NCBI RefSeq assembly: GCF_017876815.1
Contig: NZ_JAGIOS010000001.1
Coordinates: forward strand, 1,320,001-1,352,000
From: Sinorhizobium meliloti
GTDB lineage: Bacteria > Pseudomonadota > Alphaproteobacteria > Rhizobiales > Rhizobiaceae
Reading direction: 5' to 3'
Length of the DNA stretch: 32,000 nucleotides
This document shows, piece by piece, positions 18,978 to 28,562 of this stretch. The position numbers and the translations under genes were made by a program. The first letter of the stretch is position 1. The number at the start of each line of letters is the position of its first letter. Below the pieces are notes generated by a model. It was not told the DNA's origin. It saw only the letters and a program-made list of their open reading frames with translations, and did not search any database.

Positions 18978-20513
18978 CTAGAGCGTCGCCCCCAGATGCC
19001 AGGGCACGAATTCGTTGTCGCCGTAGCCGAAAAGCTCGCTCTTGGTCTTGCGGCCCGATGCGGTCTCTATGATGAGCTCGAAAATCCCCCGGCCAAGATC
19101 GGCGATGGTGGTTTCACCCGAGGCAATGACGCCGCAGTCGATGTCCATGTCCTCTTCCATGGCCCGATAGAGCGCCGTGTTGCTGGTGAGCTTGATCGAC
19201 GGCGCCGGCCGACAGCCGAAACAGCTGCCGCGGCCGGTCGTGAACGCGATGACGTTGGCTCCGCCGGCGACCTGGCCGGTTGCCGAGACCGGATCGTAGC
19301 CGGGCGTGTCCATGAAGACCAGGCCGGGCTCGGTCACGCGCTCGGCGTAATTGTAGACAGCCGTCAACGGCGAGCGGCCGCCCTTGGCGACGGCGCCAAG
19401 CGACTTCTCGAGAATCGTCGTCAGGCCGCCGCGCTTGTTACCCGGCGAAGGATTATTGTCGAGCGAGGCGCCATGCATCGCCACATAGTCCTCCCACCAG
19501 GCTATCAGGCCGTCGAGCTTGACCGCGACCGTCTCGTTGACCGCTCGGCTGCGCAGCAGATGCTCGGCTCCGTAGATCTCGGAGGTCTCGGAAAGGATCG
19601 CCGTGCCGCCGGCGGCGGCGAGTATGTCGACCGCCGCGCCGAGCGCCGGATTGGCGGTGATGCCGGAAAGCCCGTCCGAACCGCCGCATTGCAGGCCGAC
19701 GATGATCTCGCTGACCGGGATCGGCACGCGCCGGGCGGCCGCGACTTCCTTGGCGATTTCGTCGAGAATGCCGAGGGCGCGCTCGACCGAGCGGCGCGAA
19801 CCGCCGGCCTCCTGGATGTTGAAATGCCGCTTCTCGGCCCCGGCCCCGCTCTGGCCGTAGAGCGTCAGCTGATTGACCTCGCAGCCGAGCCCGACCATCA
19901 GCACGCCGCCGAAATTCGCGTGGCGCGCATAGCCGGCGAGCGTCCGGTGCAGGTTCTTCATGCCGTCGCCGGTGGACGACATGCCGCATCCCTGGTCGTG
20001 GACGATCGGCACGAAACCGTCGATGCCTTCATATTTTGGCAGAATGCGCCTGTTCGCCTCGTCGGCGATCGCGCGACAGACCGTGGTGGAACAGTTCACG
20101 CTGGCGACGATGCCGATATAGTTGCGCGTTGCGGCCCTACCGTCCGCCCGGCGATAGCCGAGGAATGTGCGCGCCTTGTCCGCCTCGCTCGCAGCCTCCG
20201 GCGGAACGGCGGCGCCAACGGCGAGCCGGCCCTGATCGAAGGCAAGATTATGAGAATGAACGTGCTCGCCGGGCGCGATGGGGGATGTGGCGCGGCCGAT
20301 CGCCTGGCCGTATTTGACCACCGGCTCACCGACGTCGATCCTGCGGATCGCGGCCTTGTGGCCCGGCTCTATGCGCGCGACCGCCGACACTCCGCCGGCC
20401 AGCCGGTCGCCCGGCGCAATCGCCGCGGTGGCGACGACGACGTTATCGTCCGGCGAAAGAAGGATCGAAGACGGTGCGGGCAAATCAAGCTCCTCCCGAA
20501 CGGTTTCCAACAT
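18978..20513 (-). CDS. UxaA/GarD-family sugar-acid dehydratase (altronate / galactarate dehydratase family)
   Basis: 511 aa from the ATG at 20513. An N-terminal SAF-like segment (NVVVATAAIAPGD) is followed by GYRRADGRAATRNYIGIVASVNCS, GLQCGGSDGLSGITANPALG and NPSPGNKRGGLTT, which are alignable from memory with E. coli UxaA and GarD. The start is uncertain because there is no strong RBS. The listed ORF extends to 20651. Confidence 0.82.
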   Translation of the reverse strand: MLETVREELDLPAPSSILLSPDDNVVVATAAIAPGDRLAGGVSAVARIEPGHKAAIRRIDVGEPVVKYGQAIGRATSPIAPGEHVHSHNLAFDQGRLAVGAAVPPEAASEADKARTFLGYRRADGRAATRNYIGIVASVNCSTTVCRAIADEANRRILPKYEGIDGFVPIVHDQGCGMSSTGDGMKNLHRTLAGYARHANFGGVLMVGLGCEVNQLTLYGQSGAGAEKRHFNIQEAGGSRRSVERALGILDEIAKEVAAARRVPIPVSEIIVGLQCGGSDGLSGITANPALGAAVDILAAAGGTAILSETSEIYGAEHLLRSRAVNETVAVKLDGLIAWWEDYVAMHGASLDNNPSPGNKRGGLTTILEKSLGAVAKGGRSPLTAVYNYAERVTEPGLVFMDTPGYDPVSATGQVAGGANVIAFTTGRGSCFGCRPAPSIKLTSNTALYRAMEEDMDIDCGVIASGETTIADLGRGIFELIIETASGRKTKSELFGYGDNEFVPWHLGATL

Positions 20514-20527
20514 GTGCAAGCACCAGT

Positions 20528-20553
20528 TCTGTCTTTTATCTACAATAGACAGA
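20528..20553. promoter_or_regulatory. Candidate operator in the divergent dehydratase / GntR promoter region
   Basis: tctgtct-N12-agacaga inverted repeat in the AT-richer stretch ttctgtcttttatctacaatagacagatg. The inner portion also contains tcta-caa-taga. Confidence 0.3.
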
Positions 20554-20650
20554 TGTTCGTCAATGGCTATTATGGGGCCATTGCGGTCGTCGCGGAACGG
20601 AGCCAAGACGTGCCGACACCAGAAACCCGAACCGGGCCGGATCCGCGCCA

Positions 20651-21529
20651 ATGGCGAAGCAAAACACCGTCTTCAAGGATGCCTTCAACCGCTGCCTCGA
20701 GCTGTTCGCGGAGACCACCACGCTTCCGTCCGAGCCGGAGCTCGGGCAGGCACTCGGTGTCAGCCGCACGACCGTGCGCGCCATCCTTGCGCGCTGCGAG
20801 GAACTGAGCCTCATCGCCTGGGACAAGCGCAGCAAGACGGTGCTGAGAAGGCCTGAGCCCTCGGACTACTTCCCGACCGCGGAGACCGATTCGCTCGCCG
20901 AAAGGATCGAGCGGAGCTTCATGCGCCGGATTCTGGCAGGCGGCGCCGAGCCCGGCATGCAGATCAACGAGCTCGAGCTTGCCCGCGAAATCGGTGCCGG
21001 GACGACCAGCGTGCGCGAATTCCTGATCCGCTTCAGCCGTTTCGGGCTGATCGAAAAACGACCGAACAGCCACTGGGTTCTCAAGGGGTTCACGCGCGAA
21101 TTCGCACTCGAACTGACGGAAGTAAGGGAGATGTTCGAGCTGCGCTCAGCCGCCCGCTTCGTCTCCCTTCCCGACCAGGACCCGGCCTGGGAGGAGCTGA
21201 AGAAGATCGAGGCGGTGCATCGGGAGATCCTCGCCGACATCGACAATCGCTACAGCGAATTTTCCGAACTCGACGAGCGCCTCCACCTGCTGGTGCACAA
21301 ATCGTCGAGCAACCGCTTCATCATCGACTTCTACGATGTCATCGCCATCGTCTTCCACTATCACTACCAGTGGAACAAGGCGAATGCGCGGGAGCGCAAC
21401 GCCCGGGCGCTGGAGGAGCATCTCGACTACATCGTCGCGCTGCAATCGCGCGATCCCATGCTCGCCGAACAGGCCTGCCGGCGACACCTGAAATCGGCGC
21501 GGGAGACGCTGCTCCAGTCGATTTCGTAG
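20651..21529 (+). CDS. GntR/FadR-family transcriptional regulator with two tandem winged-helix domains and a C-terminal FCD domain
   Basis: 292 aa. wHTH 1 is LPSEPELGQALGVSRTTVRAILARCEELSLI. wHTH 2 is INELELAREIGAGTTSVREFLIRFSRFGLIEKR. The C-terminal all-helical FCD-like region includes LTEVREMFELRSAA and DERLHLLVHKSS. Confidence 0.85.
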   Translation: MAKQNTVFKDAFNRCLELFAETTTLPSEPELGQALGVSRTTVRAILARCEELSLIAWDKRSKTVLRRPEPSDYFPTAETDSLAERIERSFMRRILAGGAEPGMQINELELAREIGAGTTSVREFLIRFSRFGLIEKRPNSHWVLKGFTREFALELTEVREMFELRSAARFVSLPDQDPAWEELKKIEAVHREILADIDNRYSEFSELDERLHLLVHKSSSNRFIIDFYDVIAIVFHYHYQWNKANARERNARALEEHLDYIVALQSRDPMLAEQACRRHLKSARETLLQSIS

Positions 21530-21541
21530 TAGGCAGATCGA

Positions 21542-22342
21542 TCAATAGCCGGATTCTATCCGTGTCGGTCCGCTCTCTCCAAGAAATTCCCGGCGCAGCC
21601 GCTCCGTTGCGCTGACGAGCAATGTCACGTCGGTGCCGATCGCCATGAAATCGGCCCCGAGGTCACGATAGTCGCGCGCCTGGGCGGGATCGAGGGTCAT
21701 GATGCCGCGCGCCTTGCCGGCGCGCTCGATCCGCGCGAAGGCCTCGATTATCGCTGTCCGCACCTCCGGATGGCCCGGATTTCCGAGATGTCCCATGTCC
21801 GCGGCAAGATCCGCCGGACCGACGAACAGGCCATCGACGCCGTCCAGCGCAGCGATGGCGTCGATCGCCTCGAGCCCTGCCCGGCTCTCGATCTGCAGCA
21901 GCAGACAGATCTCGTCGTTGGCGTTTTCGAGATAGTCGCCGATGCGGCTGAAGTTCGTTGCCCGGCCGAGCGCGGCACCGACACCGCGAACGCCATGCGG
22001 CGGGTAGCGCACGGCGCGCACGAGCTGGCGCGCCTGCTCGACATTGTCGACCATCGGGATCAGCAGCGTTTGCACGCCGGCATCCAGGATCTGCTTGATC
22101 ATGACCGCGTCGCCGACCGGCAGGCGGACGATCGGATGACTGCCTCCGCCGGCGACGGCGCGATACTGCGCCGCCAGCATGGGAAGGTCGTTCGGCGCAT
22201 GCTCGCCATCGATCAGCAGCCAGTCATAGCCGCTGCCGGCCACCACTTCCGCCGCATAGGGACTGGCGAGCGCCACCCAGAGACCGAGCTGAAAGCGGTT
22301 TTCGCGGATCGCCGCTTTGAAGGTGTTTTTGGGGGCGGGCAT
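21542..22342 (-). CDS. HpcH/HpaI-family class II aldolase (4-hydroxy-2-oxoheptanedioate / 2-keto-3-deoxy-sugar-acid aldolase)
   Basis: 266 aa from the ATG at 22342, with a GAGGAG RBS. WLLIDGEHAPN, RYPPHGVRGVG, LLLQIES and DGLFVGPADLAADMG align closely, from memory, with E. coli HpaI, GarL and RhmA. The listed extension to 22579 runs into repeat DNA. Confidence 0.88.
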   Translation of the reverse strand: MPAPKNTFKAAIRENRFQLGLWVALASPYAAEVVAGSGYDWLLIDGEHAPNDLPMLAAQYRAVAGGGSHPIVRLPVGDAVMIKQILDAGVQTLLIPMVDNVEQARQLVRAVRYPPHGVRGVGAALGRATNFSRIGDYLENANDEICLLLQIESRAGLEAIDAIAALDGVDGLFVGPADLAADMGHLGNPGHPEVRTAIIEAFARIERAGKARGIMTLDPAQARDYRDLGADFMAIGTDVTLLVSATERLRREFLGESGPTRIESGY

Positions 22343-22405
22343 AGTCGTCTCCTCTTGCGTCCGAGTCTGTCTGGTTGGGATGCGGAGAAGTCGTCCGCTT
22401 TCTCT

Positions 22406-22643
22406 GCCCCTCATCCGCCTGCCGGCACCTTCTCCCCGCCTGCGGGGAGAAGGGATATGCCGCACCGCTCCAGTCCCCTCTCCCCGCCTGCGGTAGGGCT
22501 TTCGCATATGGCCGATTTCGAGGAATCGAATGGCGAACAGAACGGAATCGCATCGAGAACAAACCCTTCGATGTTCCATGCCTGTTCCGCATATGCGATT
22601 CCCCTGCCGCCTGCGGGGAGAGGGTTAGGGTGAGGGGCAATCC
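22406..22643. repeat. Composite palindromic intergenic repeat, copy 3 (X-module, spacer, and a Y-module interrupted by a ~113 bp insert)
   Basis: gcccctcatccgcctgccggcaccttctccccgc-ctg-cggggagaagg, a perfect 11-12 bp stem, spans 22406-22453. cagtcccctctccccgcctgcgg (22471-22493) continues at 22608 as cgcctgcggggagagggttagggtgaggggcaatcc. Confidence 0.8.
22494..22607. mobile_element. MITE-like non-coding insertion (~113 bp) at the apex of the Y-module hairpin
   Basis: It is flanked by the direct repeat cgcctgcgg (22485-22493 and 22608-22616; extendable to 10 bp). The imperfect terminal inverted repeats are tagggctttcgcatatg and caggggaatcgcatatg (13/17). There is no ORF. The ends begin with (c/t)aggg, like the IS at 3264-4562. 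Confidence 0.6.
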
Positions 22644-22682
22644 CGAATTTCAAAACGTCGATTAACCTCTTAACGGCAAAAG

Positions 22683-22714
22683 AAAAAACCGGCCAGAACT
22701 TTCCGGCCGGCTTG
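22683..22714 (-). terminator. Rho-independent terminator of gabD
   Basis: Minus sense reads agccggcc-ggaaagttct-ggccggtt followed by tttttt, about 20 nt after the gabD stop. Confidence 0.7.
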
Positions 22715-22733
22715 TTTCCGATCGCGAGCAGCC

Positions 22734-24188
22734 TCAGGCAATGCCGCCGAGGCAGACATATTTGATCTCCATGAATTCCTCGATGCCGTATTTCGAGCCC
22801 TCGCGGCCAAGGCCCGAGAGCTTGACGCCACCAAAGGGTGCTTCGGCCGTGGAGATCAGGCCTGTATTGACACCGACCATGCCGTATTCCAGCGCTTCCG
22901 CCACGCGGAAGACGCGGGCGAGGTCCTTGGCGTAGAAATAGGAGGCGAGGCCGAATTCGGTGTCGTTCGCCTGTGCGATCACATCCGACTCGTCCTTGAA
23001 GCGGAAGAGCGGCGCTACCGGTCCGAAGGTCTCTTCCCGCGCGACCGCCATCGCCTGGGTCACGTCGGCCAGCACCGTCGCCTCGTAGAAGGTGCCGCCG
23101 AGTGAATGGCGACGGCCGCCCTGCACCACGCGCGCGCCCTTCGCAAGCGCATCCGCCACATGCTCCTCGACCTTTTTCAGCGCCGGCTGGTCGATCAGCG
23201 GTCCGAGGATGACGCCGTCCTCCATGCCGTTGCCGGTCTTGAGCTTGGCGACGGCCTGGGCGAGCTTGTCGGAGAAGGCCTCGTAGACGCCGTCCTGCAC
23301 ATAGATGCGGTTGGCGCAGACGCAGGTCTGGCCATTGTTGCGGAACTTGGCGATCAGCGCGCCTTCGACCGCCGCATCGAGATCGGCATCATCGAAGACG
23401 ATGAACGGGGCGTTGCCGCCGAGTTCCAGGCCAAGCTTCTTGATCGTTGCCGCGCTCTGGCGGTAGAGCTCTGCGCCGACCTCGGTCGAGCCGGTAAAGG
23501 TAAGCTTGCGGACGGTCGGGTTCGAAGTCATCTCGGCGCCGATCTCGCGCGCGGAGCCGGTAATGACGCTGAAGAGACCTTTCGGCATGCCCGCGCGCTC
23601 GGCGAGCACGGCGATGGCGATCGCCGAAAACGGCGTCTGCGCTGCCGGCTTCAAGACCATGGCGCAGCCGGCGGCAAGGGCCGGCCCGGCCTTGCGGGTG
23701 ATCATCGCGTTCGGGAAGTTCCACGGCGTGATCGCGGCGACGACGCCGATCGGCTGCTTCATCACCAGAATGCGCTTGTCCTTCTGATGCCCGGGGACGA
23801 GATCGCCATAGACACGCCGCGCCTCTTCCGCGAACCATTCGATGAAGCTCGCTCCGTAGACGATCTCGCCTGTCGCCTCCGCTAGCGGCTTGCCCTGCTC
23901 CATCGTCAGAATCCGGCCGAGATCGTCCTTGTTTTCGATCATCAGCTCGAACCAGCGGCGCAGCACCGCCGAGCGCTCCTTGGCGGTCCTCGCCGCCCAT
24001 TCCTTCTGCACCCGCGCCGCGGCCTCGATCGCGGTCCGGGTATCGGCGGCGCCGAGCTTCGGGACGCGGCCGATGATTTCGCCGGTCGCTGGATTGTTCA
24101 CCTCGATCGCATTCTTCGGGTCGGCTTCGATCCAGGTCTCGCCCACGAGAGCAGCCTGGCGAAACAGCGACGGGTCTTTCAGATTCAT
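22734..24188 (-). CDS. gabD: NAD(P)+-dependent succinate-semialdehyde dehydrogenase
   Basis: 484 aa from the ATG at 24188, with a GAGGAAGGA RBS. It is near-collinear with E. coli GabD from memory: LFRQ..., ITPWNFP, ITRKAGPALAAGC, FTGSTEVG, LELGGNAPFIVFDDADLD, NGQTCVCANRIYVQ and EETFGPVAPLFRFKDE. Confidence 0.9.
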   Translation of the reverse strand: MNLKDPSLFRQAALVGETWIEADPKNAIEVNNPATGEIIGRVPKLGAADTRTAIEAAARVQKEWAARTAKERSAVLRRWFELMIENKDDLGRILTMEQGKPLAEATGEIVYGASFIEWFAEEARRVYGDLVPGHQKDKRILVMKQPIGVVAAITPWNFPNAMITRKAGPALAAGCAMVLKPAAQTPFSAIAIAVLAERAGMPKGLFSVITGSAREIGAEMTSNPTVRKLTFTGSTEVGAELYRQSAATIKKLGLELGGNAPFIVFDDADLDAAVEGALIAKFRNNGQTCVCANRIYVQDGVYEAFSDKLAQAVAKLKTGNGMEDGVILGPLIDQPALKKVEEHVADALAKGARVVQGGRRHSLGGTFYEATVLADVTQAMAVAREETFGPVAPLFRFKDESDVIAQANDTEFGLASYFYAKDLARVFRVAEALEYGMVGVNTGLISTAEAPFGGVKLSGLGREGSKYGIEEFMEIKYVCLGGIA

Positions 24189-24355
24189 GGCGAGTCCTTC
24201 CTCAAAAAATCTACAGAACTTATACAACTTTTTTCGCCGGTTCGACAATCACATGATTGCCGTTTACGGATCCTTCTCGCCTATATTGAGCTGACGCGCA
24301 GGAATGGCGATGCGTCGGACAGGTGCGTATCTGCAAGAAATAAGGATGTTCGTTC

Positions 24356-24952
24356 GTGACAGAAATCAACCATAGAAGAGCCGATCACCCCATCCACTCG
24401 ATCTTTCTGGAGCGCTGGTCGCCGCGCGCGTTTACCGGCGAGGAGATCGGGGAAAAGGATCTGCTCGCCCTTTTCGAAGCGGCGCGCTGGGCGCCTTCGG
24501 CCAGCAATCTTCAGCCCTGGCGCTTCGTCTACGCCCGCCACGGCACCGAGCATTTCGCTCGCCTGCTGTCGACGCTCGACGAGGGCAACCAGCGCTGGGC
24601 GAAAAACGCCTCTGCCCTGGTCATCATCCTTTCGAAGACCCACAGGGTCACATCGACCGGCGAACTGAGGCCGGCCTATACGCACGCCTTCGACACGGGA
24701 GCGTCCTGGTTCGCGCTGGCGCTGCAGACGCAGCTCGCCGGATGGCATGCCCATGCGATGGCGGGGGTCGACAGGGAGAAGGCCATGCAGGTGCTCGGCG
24801 TTCCGGAGCACTACCGGGTCGAGGCAGCCGTCGCGATCGGCAGGATTGCGGATCCTTCCACCCTGCCGGGCGATCTGCGGGAACGCGAAAAACCAAGCCA
24901 GCGCAAGCCCGTCAGCGAACTCGTCTTCGAAGGACGTTTCACGGGCGAATGA
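24356..24952 (+). CDS. Nitroreductase-family (FMN-dependent) oxidoreductase
   Basis: 198 aa, GTG start with a TAAGGA RBS. The motifs RWSPRAF and AARWAPSASNLQPWRFV are typical of the nitroreductase superfamily. Confidence 0.85.
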   Translation: MTEINHRRADHPIHSIFLERWSPRAFTGEEIGEKDLLALFEAARWAPSASNLQPWRFVYARHGTEHFARLLSTLDEGNQRWAKNASALVIILSKTHRVTSTGELRPAYTHAFDTGASWFALALQTQLAGWHAHAMAGVDREKAMQVLGVPEHYRVEAAVAIGRIADPSTLPGDLREREKPSQRKPVSELVFEGRFTGE

Positions 24953-24980
24953 TCCGCGAGCGATCGAGCTTCCGTAAAGA

Positions 24981-25012
24981 CGAGAGCAGGGCGGAGGACC
25001 GCCCTGCTCTCG
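24981..25012. terminator. Perfect 14 bp hairpin between the convergent nitroreductase and gyrB genes (probable bidirectional terminator or RNA end stabiliser)
   Basis: cgagagcagggcgg-agga-ccgccctgctctcg. There is no strong U-tract on either side. Confidence 0.55.
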
Positions 25013-25051
25013 TCGCAGCTATGATCAAAGTGCTGCGGCTACACTTGCGCG

Positions 25052-27493
<2,442 letters not shown>

Positions 27494-27558
27494 TCAGGTC
27501 TTTCCAGGTTTTCGGACGTCGCGATTCATTGCGAATCACAGCGCGAGATGCCTCGCGG

Positions 27559-27587
27559 ACTATAGAAAATTTGTCCAATGGTTCCAA
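27559..27587 (-). promoter_or_regulatory. Candidate sigma70-type promoter for gyrB
   Basis: Minus strand reads TTGGAA-N17-TATAGT (-35 at 27582-27587, -10 at 27559-27564), about 70 nt upstream of the gyrB ATG. Confidence 0.45.
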
Positions 27588-27621
27588 ATCCCGACGCGAA
27601 GATCTCGGCCGGGAGGGGCTT

Positions 27622-27999
27622 TCATCCCCTGTCCTTATCAGGAAATGTGGCTTTTTCCAAAACATCTTCCAGCGCCCGAATCGTCTCCGCCGACAGGCCG
27701 CGAATCTCCATGCTCAAACGGTTGGCGAAGGCGGTGTGACCGGGCGGAAGGCCGGACGTGTCGAGCACGACTTTCGGGTCTGAAAGATGCGCTATCCGGA
27801 AGAGCTCGTCGGCCTCGTCCCAGATCACGTTGAAATAGCCGGCAACGCGCTGGAGGAAGTCGAAGCTCGGCGCTCCCCGCTTGCCGTGTTCGAGAGCGGA
27901 GAGATAGGCGGGCGAAACCCCGATCGCCGCCGCCATCTCCTTCTGAGACACGCCCTTGCGCCGGCGAAGTTCGCGCACGGCTTCGCCGAAGGGAGTCAT
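27622..27999 (-). CDS. XRE-family helix-turn-helix transcriptional regulator
   Basis: 125 aa. The HTH is LRRRKGVSQKEMAAAIGVSPAYLSALEHGKR. Its ATG overlaps the stop of the upstream Smr gene (ATGA at 27996-27999). Confidence 0.85.
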   Translation of the reverse strand: MTPFGEAVRELRRRKGVSQKEMAAAIGVSPAYLSALEHGKRGAPSFDFLQRVAGYFNVIWDEADELFRIAHLSDPKVVLDTSGLPPGHTAFANRLSMEIRGLSAETIRALEDVLEKATFPDKDRG

Positions 28000-28562
28000 G
28001 ATGCGCCTCCCTTCGCACGCGCCAGCCGCACATAGAGCGCGCCCTCGCCGCCGTGATTGCGGGCTGCCGGTTCGTAGGACGATATCAATGGCCGGAACTC
28101 GGGAAGCGAGAACCAGAGCGGCACGGCCCGCTTCAGGGCGCCGTCGCTGCCGAGCGACGTCCCTTTGCCGGTGATGACGAGGACATGCCTCAAGCCGCGG
28201 TCGCGCGCCCTGAGGAGGAACTGCAGCAGCAATCCGTGCGCCTCGCTCTGGATCATGCCGTGCAGGTCGATCCTCGCCTCGAGCGTCAGCCGGCCCTTGG
28301 CAAGTTTGCGTTTGACCGGCCGCTCCAGCGCGTGATGAGGGCGGTGTTCTGCCTTGTCGCGGCTGAGAGAAAAGCCCCTGCCGGCCTTTTCGGGCGTGCT
28401 CGAGGAAGGCGCCGCCTCCGGGCCGGGTACAGCCTTGATTTCCGCGGTCCCGCCCAGCAGCTCCTCGAGATTCTCCAACCGCCCGGGCATGGGCCGCGCC
28501 GAACGCGCGACCTTCCCCCAGAGAATGCGGTCCTCGGTGGAAAGCTTCTTGTCCTTAGCCAT
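27996..28562 (-). CDS. Smr-domain protein (MutS2-related small nuclease domain)
   Basis: 188 aa. The C-terminal Smr domain is IDLHGMIQSEAHGLLLQFL...VLVITGKG...GALKRAVPLWF. Confidence 0.85.
   Translation of the reverse strand: MAKDKKLSTEDRILWGKVARSARPMPGRLENLEELLGGTAEIKAVPGPEAAPSSSTPEKAGRGFSLSRDKAEHRPHHALERPVKRKLAKGRLTLEARIDLHGMIQSEAHGLLLQFLLRARDRGLRHVLVITGKGTSLGSDGALKRAVPLWFSLPEFRPLISSYEPAARNHGGEGALYVRLARAKGGAS

Noticed and set aside
22343-22579. An N-terminal extension of the aldolase ORF, together with the small ORFs 22224-22640, 22375-22665 and 22411-22653.
   Set aside because: They are translations of the palindromic repeat and the MITE-like insert (PSPRRRGEGAGRR, LLPACGEKG and similar). 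The aldolase homology starts at the ATG at 22342, which has a GAGGAG RBS.
3231-22643. Whether the recurring hairpin repeats could be a CRISPR array.
   Set aside because: The three copies are 5-12 kb apart, lie in different orientations, have no regular repeat-spacer periodicity, and no cas genes are present. They are dispersed REP/RIME-like elements.
22662-22674. TTAACCTCTTAAC, which resembles a CtrA box (TTAA-N7-TTAAC).
   Set aside because: The half-sites are only 4 nt apart, not 7, so it does not fit the CtrA consensus.
27622-28562. The Smr plus XRE pair read as a type II toxin-antitoxin module.
   Set aside because: The gene order, the sizes (188 and 125 aa), the translational coupling to mltA, and the apparently conserved core-genome context do not fit a mobile TA cassette. 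It is kept only as a low-interest finding.
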